The notes under the pieces are model-generated. The model had not been told where the DNA came from and searched no databases. It saw nothing but the letters and a program-made list of their open reading frames with translations. A stretch of 56,374 bases of DNA, counting the filler, from Sluysia triapertura (Eukaryota): the NCBI GenBank assembly GCA_046118255.1. It is 3 parts of 3 records of this genome, joined end to end, with 100 filler letters (N's around TTAATTAATTAA, not from the genome) between each part and the next. Parts side by side here need not be neighbours in the genome. Positions count along the whole stretch, not along the records: positions 1 to 31,266 come from JBJNIA010208478.1; 2 more parts are not named here. One strand, 5' to 3'. Shown piece by piece: positions 1 to 11,210 of this stretch. Both the position numbers and the translations under genes were made by a program. Positions within the stretch are counted from its first letter, which is position 1, and every line of letters starts with the position of its first letter.

Positions 1-417
1 TTGAGACCGCCAGTACAGCAGTAATTTCATCTCCTGCCACAATGACAAAAATTTCGCTTCAGTCAACCGTCTCAGCCCAAATTTTTCTCGTGAGTACCAT
101 TTGAGCAGAAATTATGCTTGAGACTGCCGTCACTGCAGTCAATTCGGCTCATTCTTCCATGATGACAAAGATTTTGCTTCAGTATACCGTCTCAGCCCAA
201 GTTTTGCTCGAAACTGCCTTTTGTGAACAAATTTTGCTTGAGACCGCCGTCATAGCAGTAATTTCGTCTCCTGCTGCCATAATGACAAAAATTTCGCTTC
301 AATCCACCATCTAAGGTCAAATTTTGATGGAGATTGCCGTTTCTGCAGAAATCATGCTTAAGACCGCTGTCACAGTAGTAATTTCGGCCCACGCTGCCAT
401 AATGACAAAAATTTCGG
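1..417. repeat. Tandem repeat, ~120-bp unit built from ~30-bp subunits, ~3.5 copies, truncated at window start
   Basis: 'gagaccgcc...cagcagtaatttc...aatgacaaaaatttcgcttc' recurs at about 1, 118, 238 and 358. The 30-nt sub-periodicity gives 10-aa repeats in translation (e.g. minus-strand DGGLKxNxxx). Confidence 0.85.
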
Positions 418-781
418 AATTGAAGCTAACCCTTTAGCAACAATTTTCTGGTGCACGTTAATTATCGAAAAGCATTCTCTTGTTCAAATAGTTCTCACCA
501 ATATTGCGTGTTCCATAAATTTATGTTGTCTATAAAACATTTTTTACGAGATTACTGATCTGTTTTTAAATCAGTCTTTATGTTTTTACTTATAAAACAA
601 CGCTAAAGAATTTTGGTTTACAAGATTTAGATGTAACTAGTTTAGATACTTTATCAAATAAAAGGCAAAAGTGTGGTTATCATATTTATCCAAGCAATTA
701 TAATATTTTACAACTGAGGAAGATCTCTACTTCATTAAGATTTCCATGCTATTTCTCACTGTAGAGATTTTTACATAATTC

Positions 782-928
782 ATCTCTCCGTGCTGCTGCT
801 CACTTCAGGAATCACTACTTTCCTCAGATGTCTGAGCTATTCCTCACTGTATGGATGAGTTGTGTCTACTCTCTGCGCTGCTCCTCACCTCAGGGATCAC
901 TACTTTCCTCAGATGTCTGTGCACTGTA
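782..928. repeat. Short direct duplication (~55-bp core, 2 copies)
   Basis: 'ctcacttcaggaatcactactttcctcagatgtctg' and 'ctcacctcagggatcactactttcctcagatgtctg' lie about 87 bp apart. Confidence 0.7.
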
Positions 929-2124
929 AGTATAACCTGTGTCTACACTGTGAACTCCGTGCTTCTCTGCAATCTTGGAGAGACCTTGTCTACACCGATC
1001 TCTATATTATGCCATAGGAATGAAGTGCTTATTGGCATCGTTCAAACAATGCAGTGCATTGTTTGCTTTCACTTTAAAAAATGTAGGGTCATCATTACTT
1101 CACAAATGCCGTAAGCTTGCATTTGCTGACCAAGATGAATGCATCCAATACTTTAGTATTATTATAAGATATCATAATTTATCTATAATTACAGTCAGTA
1201 AATAAAACAAGCTGAAAATACGAATTTTTTATCACCAAAACATGTCTGCATATATAGATTTATCACACATTATTTGAATTAATTATAGACTTAAAAAATA
1301 TAAAGCTCGGAAAGAAGGAAAACCCGAAGTTGACATTCATTTTTAGCGAACGACGCCAAACAATGCTTATGAAGATGCGCATTACATTATAAATATGCCT
1401 GTGCACTTGAAAATCCGACACACAATTGTCTGTGTATTAGACAACTCGGTAAGAATGCGACTGGGCACAAATCGGTAATAAATACGTCTAACATTCAAAC
1501 AAAGCATGATTAAATACGTCTAGCGTGCAAACTTCCTCCCCAAACTGTTCTTATTCCAGCATCGTGTGTCAACGGCTAAAAAATACATATGAGTAACAGA
1601 ACTGTATGAAGTACGGGACCTTGTTTCTATCAACTATATATTTAAAGTATGTGCAGCATGAAAACCACAATCCTCAATTATAAAAAATAAACTATTACAT
1701 AACTCTGCAGTTACCCTTATTTCGGCTAACACTTTTTACAAAGACATTATGCAATTAGAGTAGTCGAGCGTCCACTAAATGTTAAATGCGATATATAGAA
1801 AAGTGGATGTTTTAGTAGCAGTTATAGACCTTCTACAAAATAATTTGATCCTATAATGGAAAAGTAACAAAGGAAACAACTAAAATACATTTGTGAATAA
1901 CATCGCCGTGTGCATTAGCTGGTTCCAAACAAAATTTAACGCTTATAAAAATAACCCGTTACCAATAACAGATTACAATTTCAATGCATGAGAATAGCTA
2001 ATGCAAGCCACGTTTGAACATACAATAAATTACAAGCACAAGAAGTTAATAAATCACATTTCATTAAGAATAATTTACATGCTAAATATAGACAATTTTC
2101 AAAATGACTAATTTGTCGTCATTC

Positions 2125-3505
2125 TCAAACAGAATAGATGTACCGCAGAGGTGCTGATCATTCATAAACAAATGCGCTGCAGAGATGCTAATCACCCATG
2201 AACAGAACAGGTGTGCTGAGGTGCTAATCATCCATAAACAGATGTGCTGTTCAATGCCTACATACGCGACCTGCCCGAACCGCCCGCGGTAATAAGTGTG
2301 GTGTCATAAGCAGATGACATCACCGTTTTCACGAGCAACACTAAAGTTGAGGTCATGAAAGAACGACTCAACGGTTATCTGGCGCGCTTATCCACCTTTC
2401 TAGCAGACCTTGATCTGGTAATCTCAGCCGAGAAGTCCACATCTACTTTATTCTCCACCGAAACAAAAGCAGTCACTTCAGCTTAACGTCGTTATTAACA
2501 ACAAGCGACTACTCACAGAGAAACACCCAAAAATCTTCAGTGTAACGTTCGATCCAAGCCTTGCTTCAACCCTCATGTTGAAATTGTGAGACAGAAGGTT
2601 CGGAAGCGCAACATCTTGAAAGCTTTGACTGGACGAACGTGGGGCGCACAGAAGGAAACTATCATTGCGACATACAAAGCGATAGGCCGCTCAACTATGA
2701 ATTATGCAGCACCAGTCTGAACACCTACTACAAGAAAATCAAACCTCGACAAACTACAAGCTTGTCAAAATGCAGCTCTCCGTGCGGCCACCGGATGCCT
2801 GCTTCTCACGCCGATCGGTCACCTGCACAGCGAGAGGGGGGATGATGTCGGTCATCGACCACAGTCGGCTCCTATCCGACCAATATTTCGTGGCGTGTCT
2901 GCATGAGAACCAGCCGTGCAGATAGCTATTTGGTGGACCCGGCCCTCCCTGTCGACGCCGGCGAAATTTTTGAGCATTTATTCTGAAGCCCGAACGCAGC
3001 GCCAACTTCGAGCCCTACCGCCCAATGCCACTAAACGGTAACAGGAAAAGAAATTGCACAAGAATGCAGTGGCGGCAAATCGCCACCGCTTCATCACCCC
3101 ACATCCTATCATCAACAGTCGTCCGTCAAATGTTGCGCGGTCCGAGGCCACACTTCGCCGAGCCACAAGGACAAAGCTGGCCCAACTTCGCAGCGGCTAC
3201 AGCTACACTCTGGCGTTAGCCCGTTGCCGACTCGACGGCAGTGGCCAGACATCCGATCTCTGCCCTCGCTGCATGGGTGCGACAGAAGATACACTACACC
3301 TCTTCAGCTGAACTGCGCGGTCGGTTCGGGCGGATGTTATGATCTGTGGAGGTGGCCTTTGGTTGCTGCGGCTGAATTGGACATCTGAGACGATCGATAG
3401 AATCCCACGCCCCGACAATAACAACAACTACAACATCCATAAACAGAACAAGAGTGCTGCAGAGGTGCTGATAATCCCTAAATAGGTGTGCTGCAAAGGT
3501 GCTGA
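2125..3505. repeat. Degenerate minisatellite (~30-37 bp; catccataaacagaacaggtgtgctgcagaggtgctgat) split by a LINE insertion
   Basis: Units occur at ~2125-2248 and again at ~3434-3505, on either side of the retroelement. Confidence 0.75.
2243..3433 (+). mobile_element. 5'-truncated, frameshifted non-LTR retrotransposon (RT C-terminal half, zinc knuckle remnant, (CAA)n tail)
   Basis: Translation gives LFNAYIRDLP...VVS*ADDITVF (YADD motif), later CPRCMGATEDTLHLF. The 3' tail is acaataacaacaactacaa. Flanking duplication catccataaacaga at 2229-2242 and 3434-3447. Confidence 0.88.
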
Positions 3506-4004
3506 AGTAACAATCTTGCGATTGAGCTACTGAGTGAGGGAATGGTCTCCAGTAAATTATAAACAAGTACCAATACCACACTAATTAAATTTACGTCATA
3601 AATTCTATATACACTTTCAGTAACATATAAAAAATCATGTAACATGAAACAAATCGGCTAAATTAGAAATAAAGCACAAAACAAATAAAAGATAAATTTC
3701 AGTAAAACGCTGTAAGTGAACATTAAATGATCTAACGTATAAAGTTTTCCTGGGCAGTACAGCACACGCAATATAATCACTGCAAAGATTATAGCCTTGA
3801 AAAAATACAACGTTGATTTCAATAGTTAACGTACGTGTTGTCTTCTGGCAACGTCTTAATACATCTTCCGCAAAAAATTGAAGTTAAAAAATAATGGAAT
3901 AACAAAATTTAACGAGTAAGAGAGAAAATATGATACTATAGACTTAATTAATATTGAAGCAGCACATTTCAGCGTCAAAACGCACTTTTGAGAAAAAACT
4001 TTAT

Positions 4005-4233
4005 TCCTGTTATGTACACAAAAATTAAAAAGATTAAAATTTAAACAAAAAGTAAATTTTTCTAGTACATTTTTCACCAGTCATCACAAAATGGACAGAT
4101 CATTAAGATAAATGAGTAGTCTTTCTCATAAGAGCGAAATGCAAGTCACTGGCAACTGAGATCTACAAATAACAAATAGAAAGATTATGGATAATGTTAC
4201 GGATTCTAACACGACAAATAAACTAATCACATG
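4005..4233 (+). repeat. Long-range direct repeat, copy 1 (partner at ~31040-31266)
   Basis: 'tcctgttatgtacaca...gatcattaagataaatgagtagtctttctc...gagatctacaaataacaaatagaaagatta...ggattctaacacgacaaataaacta' is shared with the end of piece 1. Confidence 0.9.
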
Positions 4234-5266
4234 ATAACATATTTCTGCGTGAACGCAAGCAGAGTTATGTAACAAAATACATGGAACACAAACTTAGTTG
4301 TGAAATTAACAAAATATAAACATTCTGATGATCGCATAGTTTTGAATGCAAATATTGAATACGCAGTTAGGTTAGAGTCAAACACCGTTGCATTAAACTC
4401 AATTCAGAAAAAGAAGTAATTAAGTATTAGTTGACTAGCACCAGCCAAGTGAAGACAAACAGGCAGCAAATTCTGAAGCTGCCTCCTCGGGACTCTTGAA
4501 CAGTCAGAGCAGCGATGTGTATATTGCTCATAACCTGAGGAAATATTTGTTAAATTGTTATGTGTACAAAAACCGAAAAAGTGGCCAAAGACTGAGCACA
4601 ACTGTATAATAAGTAACAAAGCACGAATTGAATTATAAAGTACATCGTACATTACAACATTCAGCAGGCCTCTATGATTATGTCCTGATAGATGTAGCAG
4701 TAAGTCTTCCGGACGCTGCTGACCGGCTCTGTGTTGGCCCCCGTGCTGCCGGTGGAGCTGCAATATTTACTCAGCACCATTGTAGGACCCCGAGTTGCCA
4801 ACCGGGGACTAATCACGTCCCACTTGCTGCTTGGGCCAACCTAAACAATAAAATAATACAAGAGTTGCGTGTAAATTGAAAGTAAAACTTCTTCTCGTTC
4901 AACGAAAGATTTGCAGCAAAAAAATTCTATATCAAGATATTTACAAAAAAATTCCGACAATTATTATGAAATTTAAGAGGTATATCGAATGATTTATCTT
5001 TTCATATAAGAAATAACTAATCAGAAACAGATTTTTGTTGACACAGACAAATGACAATTAACTCTCCATACACCTTTCGAAAAAATACCTGAAAGTTTAA
5101 AACAAAGTAATAATGCTCAGAGTAAAACATCTTTGTACCTTTTTCAAATAAGAACAATTTTACCTTACAACACCATTATTCTATTTTCAAATTAGCAGCA
5201 TTTTAAATCACATCTTCGACATTTAATTCATAGTTATGATAAATCAATCAAATTAAAGATATTTAT

Positions 5267-5322
5267 TGTTAATCTGACGTTTCGGCCGGAAACCTCGACC
5301 ATTATCAAAGAATCTGTCAACA
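5267..5322 (-). ncRNA. Inverted copy of the same hammerhead-like motif
   Basis: Reverse complement reads TTGATAA-t-GGTCG-aggtttc-CGGCC-GAAACGTC-aga. Helix II is kept with a G-U pair. Confidence 0.72.
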
Positions 5323-6171
5323 CGAAAAAATATATTGGAAGAAGTCATAGAAATCAAAATACACTTGCATATAGACTACACGAGGTCTTAATTCTGAACA
5401 GTTATTGGTATGATTGCATATAGAAATTATGAGGTCTTAAAAATAAACAATTATATGTATCTAAGAACACGTAAAATATTTATTAAAAGAAGTCATAGAA
5501 CTCTAAATACACTTGCATGTGGAACCACGAGATCATCATACTAAACAATTATTTGTGTAATTACATGTGGAACGTATGAGATCGTAATACTAGACAATTA
5601 TTTGCATAATTGAAAACAATTGGAACATTCGTTAAATTTAACATTTATTACAGGCTTCTGTTCCTTTATTAACAGAGCCTCGGATATCCGAAATTTTTTT
5701 GACACAATTGTTCGAGAATAGTACTGAGAAACACTCCTGGTGTTCTGCGGGTAGGCCACCATGCTCCGCTTATCTATTCTCGAGCTTATCAAATTTCGCG
5801 TACGTTCGCAACAATTGGGGAAATCGTCCGAAGTCGTCTTTACGTGATCTCGAATTACCTGCTTCAATACTTTTGTGTCATTAAGGAAGGAGGAGTTGTT
5901 GAGTAGTTCAATGTAGAAGGTAGTGCAGTTAGTGTTTGTAACAGTCCTCTTTGTAAGAGTGTTTTCGATTACTTTCCTTATGGTTGTTTCGACCATTCTT
6001 TGGGGAAATTGACTATTTGCGGCGATTTGCTTTATGCGTTCAATTTCTTCATGGAATAGGTGCCAATTAGATGTGTACCGTAGAGCCCTGTGTACTAGGG
6101 TCTTGATTGTAGACTTCTTGTATTGCAGTAAATTAGATGAGTGAAAGTTTTCCAGTAGAAGTGGATCTATT

Positions 6172-8230
6172 GCAGAAATTATTAAAGCAGTACATGTCCG
6201 ATGCAATCCTCAAGCATCAAAGAAAACTATCGAACTTGCATGGCAGCAAATTCTTTTTCCCCACCGCAGATCAGTTACAAAACCTCTCCAGGAGAGAATT
6301 AACACAAGAAGAATCCTCTATTTTGAACCTAGGGCTAAACTACTCCCTACCAAAGAAAACAACAAAACTAGAACAAAAAGTCAACTTAGAAAATTTGTAT
6401 GCAAGCAAAGATAACAGGACACGTAACCATCAAAGACGAGGATGATCTCAAACATAAGCTCAGGTGTTTTGGAATCAAGCGCACCAGAAAAGACCGCAAA
6501 CTATTAGACAAAGAAAAGCACCAGCGCCAAATAATTAAAGCGTTACAGCAAGACCCATCAATAGTCATCAAAAGACAAGATAAAGGGCAAGGAGTGGTTA
6601 TCACGAACACTGACGACTATAATGACAAACTACAAGAAATAATAGGTGACAACACAAAGTTTCGGGAATGTAAAAGCAAATGCAACATTGAACTAAAAGA
6701 CTCAATTAATAAACTAAGCAGAGGATTAGAAACAAAAAATCCAAACCATGCCAGGCAGCTCAAAAGAACAGGTGACTATTCACTTGGACATCTATATGGA
6801 CTTCCTAAAATACACAAATCCCCCACAAATCCTCCACTCCGACCAATTATAAGCCTGTCAGGAACTGCTTCACATGACGTCGCAAAGTTGCTTAATAAGA
6901 TCATTCGGCCATATTTAGACTGTACATACATAGTAAAATCAGGAACAGAAGTACTTGCCGTAATTGAAGAAATCAAATTAAAGAACAATGAAACAATAGT
7001 CTCTTTGGACGTAGAATTACTATTCACAAATGTTCCGGTGATTGAAACAACAGATTTGATCATCCATGCTGAATACAACCACCCGAACAAGCCGCCACCA
7101 GAGATCGACAAAAAAACCCTACGCCAATTACTACTCATAGTAACAACAAAAACCCCTTTCCACTTCAACGGAAAAACATACATGCAGCACGAGGGTGTTA
7201 GTATGGGCTCTCCACTAGGGCCAACATACGCCGACTTCTATATGTCACACATCGAAAAAACAGTACTAGAAAGATGACCCCACGCACCAAGACTATATCG
7301 ACGTTACGTAGACGACATATTAGCAGTGTTCCGTGGAAGTGATGATGTCAGCAAATTCATTCAAGCACTAAAGTCTGGCTCAGTATTAAATTTCACGGTC
7401 GACCAAGGCAACCTAAAGACCTTCCACTTTCTTGATATCCTATTCCACTTCAAACCAAATTCTGTTGAGACAACTGTATACAGAAAATCAACTGATTCAC
7501 TTCTACTGGAAAACTTTCACTCATCTAATTTACTGCAATACAAGAAGTCTACAATCAAGACCCTAGTACACAGGGCTCTACGGTACACATCTAATTGGCA
7601 CCTATTCCATGAAGAAATTGAACGCATAAAGCAAATCGCCGCAAATAGTCAATTTCCCCAAAGAATGGTCGAAACAACCATAAGGAAAGTAATCGAAAAC
7701 ACTCTTACAAAGAGGACTGTTACAAACACTAACTGCACTACCTTCTACATTGAACTACTCAACAACTCCTCCTTCCTTAATGACACAAAAGTGCTGAAGC
7801 AGGTAATTCGAGATCACGTAAAAACGACTTCGGACGATTTCCCCGTTAAATTGCGAACGTACGCGAAATTTGATAAGCTCGTGAATAGATTTACGACGCG
7901 CACTCCAAAGGACGTCTTGAAAAGAAACAACGTTGTGTATTTAAATAATTGCCCCCGAGTTGGTTGTGATGCCAGCTATACCGGTTACACGACCTGCGCT
8001 CTTTTCAAGCGTATAAAGCTACACAGATACCAACAAAGTAGCATTTACAAACATCGCGTCGCGGAGCATGGTGGATTACCCGCAGAACACCAGGAGTGTT
8101 TCTCAGTACTATTCTCGAACAATTGTGTCAAAAAAACTTCGGATACCTGAGGCTCTGTTAATAAAGGAACAGAAGTCTGTAATAAATGTTTAATTTAATG
8201 AATTTTCCAATTGTTTTCAATTATACAAAT
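6172..8230 (+). pseudogene. PLE RT + GIY-YIG endonuclease coding region, interrupted by a few frameshifts and stops
   Basis: ORF-track pieces 6137-6445, 6399-7277 and 7326-8150 join into one Penelope-type polyprotein. Confidence 0.9.
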
Positions 8231-8507
8231 AATTATCTAGTATTACGATCTCGTACGTTAAACCTGTAATTACACAAATAATTGTTTAGTATTAAGATCT
8301 CGTGGTTCCACATGCAAGTGTATTTAGAGTTCTATGACTTCTTTCAATAAATATTTTGCGTGTTCTTAGATACAGATAATTGTTTAGTATTAAGACCTCA
8401 TAATTTCTATATGCAATCATACAAATAACTTTTCAAAATTAAGAACTCGTGTATTCTATATGCAAGTGTATTTTGATTTCTATGACTTCTTTCAATATAT
8501 TTTTTCG

Positions 8508-8563
8508 TGTTGACAGATTCTTTGATAATGGTCGTGGTTTCCGACCGAAACGTCAGATTAACA
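8508..8563 (+). ncRNA. Minimal hammerhead-ribozyme-like motif (U3/A8 core variant) in PLE pseudo-LTR
   Basis: tct-TTGATAA-t-GGTCG-tggtttc-CGACC-GAAACGTC-aga. Helix II is GGTCG/CGACC. Helix I is tct/aga, extended by tgttga/ttaaca. Confidence 0.75.
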
Positions 8564-11210
8564 ATAAATATCTTTAATTTGTGCTGTAAGTTTTACTCAC
8601 AAATAATCTTAAGAAAGCTAAGCGCCTACAACTTAGCACGCTTCAGAAAATGCGAAAAACTATCGAAGAAATGTATCAAGTGCCAGGCCGACATAAGTTT
8701 TCTAGATAAATCAATCAGTTTACATGGCAGTACAACAGTACAGATCAATGAACTGGGCGGTCTCACGTGGACTGACCGATTTCTTCAGGTCCAACGACAG
8801 TTCAAACTTGCAGGTTGATACATATTAAAACTGTGATGACCTGGGAAGTTCGTGTGCAAGACAAATTACTTCACTTGGTGGGAATTTGCATCAAAGAGAA
8901 CATCCTGTGATCCAAGAAAATAATTGAACAATTAATTAGCATAAAGCAAAATTGGAACAGTGCACGGCTAAGAAAACTCCTTTTATTATGTAAGCAAATA
9001 TTATCCAAATATGAGACACCAACGAATCCAAAAGTGATATAATTGAAAAAGTAATCAGAATAAATGAGTTTGTCGTTTGACGTTTTGGATCATTCTGTCT
9101 TCGCTTTTATAGAACACTCTAATGAGAGACCCAAGATTGCTTATCACTGTTTGGTACAACTTCTTGAGCAGAAAAGTCAAAGGCATCCCTTGTACCTGTC
9201 TATTAGAACTTGAGAAACAACAAACAGTCAAAATCCACAAACATTACCTTATTCAAAATCTCTTCTTGTCCAATCTAGAACACTACTTAGAAAAAATCTT
9301 CAAACTGACAATAAGCCACTGAAGCAGCTTTGATGCCTATGGTTTTGTTCTTCTCCATGAGAACAGTTATAGAATCGAGCTAGATGTGATCGGGCTAGTG
9401 AGGAGGACTCGGTGCTCGTGCCGCTCACAGAGTCTTGCCAGCATAAATTTGCAGAGATGAGACTGGAACCTGCTGGTTAGAAGCTCCACTCTGGAAAATT
9501 AAGGTACTATTACTTTTACATAATTGAAAACGACATTGTCAATTTATAAGTGCTGTATTTATTCGGCCAAAAGTAGTTGAAAAATATAATGAATTAATTA
9601 AATAAAAATCAGGACCAGGAAATGTAAGAAAAAGTTCTTACTTTTCGTCATCAAAATGTTCAGGGTGAGTAGCTCGAAATACTTTACCAAAGCGAATGCG
9701 GATAGGTCGCGGTTTCTCCAAAAGAATGCGATCGCAAAGCAAACATATCTTTAATTAGTATTTTAGAAATAAAAAATGCTAAACCAACCCATAAGTTAGT
9801 TTGACCAGTTTCATGTTCACGACACGAATGAGCTTCAGTGAATCAAAAACAAGTATGATTCCATCTTGCGAAAGATAAAGAACAAGATCGCTTTCCAACG
9901 GAACCTATAAAGAGAGGATAATTAAAAACAAAACACAATATTCAAAATTTGTCCAAACATAACATAATAACGTTAATTTAATTATTAGTAATCAAATAAC
10001 CACAGCTTGATTGTAAATAACATATATTCCTCGAATGAATGGAGCATGCTGTTGTAGCATAGTAACTGCCTGGCTAAAATGCATGCCTCAAAACAAGAGA
10101 AAAGTTTAGTCTAACATCACAACTCAACCTCTGAAACCCTCTGCCATTATTAAAACTCACTCACAAAGAAACTCCACTTTTTGTTACTCAAAGACTAGCA
10201 AGGATTAACTTCTAATTCAAGCATGACTATTTAAAACCTGCTGATAGCTGTAAAAATATAGCCAGTAAAAAAATTTATCACAATTAAAGTAAGGTGTAAT
10301 ACACCCAGTGTGGGAAAAGATTTTTTCGAATATGTCAAATAAATTGAATACACAAAGAAGTACGAAATCCTTTTTTTAAAATAAATAAGTATGGATAAGT
10401 AACACAAATGAGAATGGAAATGAAACATTAATTTAATCAAGTATTTAAACTTTACAAAAATAAAACTGAAAATTTTAGGGCTTCTGTACGACTGTAGCTG
10501 GAAGACTTTGACAATGAAGAGTTCTTGAACTAATACCGTTCTGCGCGTATGCTATAGAATTACGAAGAGATATACGGTGACAGAATGTGTACAAACTGCT
10601 TGGAGCTGTCAGTGAAATTTATATAACTAATAGAATCATAGATCAAGCATGAAAAAATCAACGAGGCCAACAAGATTTACATTAAGACTAACAAAGAACC
10701 AATATAACACAAATTGAATATGTCTCTAATGAGATAACGAATGCCATAGACAAAAACTGCATATTTACAGAACAACACTTTATTTTGTGACAGAAGTTTA
10801 GTAACTTCATCATCTCCATAAACACAGGCCTAAACGCCAAACTTGCGGTTACAATAAACGTACATACTTGAACGTGAAACAGCTTTCTAAATTTCGGTAA
10901 AAAAGCCTTTTCCAATGTTTTAGAGTTACACAGAACAACAACAGGTATTTTATTTCTGTACTGCTTACGACTAATTTAATACGTGTTTTATTTGAAATAA
11001 ATATTCGATAAGTGCACATAAAACTGGAGTGTTCATTATTTTATTAGAAAACCATATCCATTAAAGAATGCTTTATCTTGACGTATTTTTTTAATTGCCA
11101 TATTTTTACCAATGAGTTTTGTCTGCAGCCAATAACATTTGTAACGTATAAGAAAATCTACTATCGCTGTAAAGGGTAGTTGCTGGCAGTATTATTTATT
11201 GATATAACTC

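Larger units (their letters stand above)
5251..8704 (+). mobile_element. Penelope-like element, family A: inverted 5' arm + RT/GIY-YIG ORF + pseudo-LTR + ORF N-terminal tail; 13-bp TSD
   Basis: Motifs LYGLPKIHK, PLRPIIS, SLDVELLFTNVP, GVSMGSPLGPTYAD, RYVDD and VVY..C....C.ASYTGYT with downstream H..H. 5251-~6171 is the reverse complement (with internal deletions) of ~7490-8580. GATAAATCAATCA flanks the element at 5238-5250 and 8705-8717. Confidence 0.95.
4427..10224 (-). pseudogene. PHAF1: PHAF1 (C16orf70/UPF0183)-like multi-exon pseudogene
   Basis: Exons read by hand: 10224-10161 MLELEVNPC*SLSNKKWSFFV; 10086-10004 GMHFSQAVTMLQQHAPFIRGIYVIYNQA; 9904-9789 VPLESDLVLYLSQDGIILVFDS; ~9748-9641 FRATHPEHFDDE; ~9130-9020 VFYKSEDRM..SDYFFNYITFGF; ~8905-8725 DVLFDAN..FVLHTNFPGHHSFNMY; 4840-4670 SKWDVI..TYCYIYQDIIIE; 4533-4427 VMSNIHIAALT. 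These follow the UPF0183 motif order. Most boundaries are GT-AG. Several in-frame stops and frameshifts. Confidence 0.88.

Noticed and set aside
5598-6206. 202-aa minus-strand ORF as a separate gene
   Set aside because: It is the inverted, internally deleted copy of the PLE ORF's 3' part.
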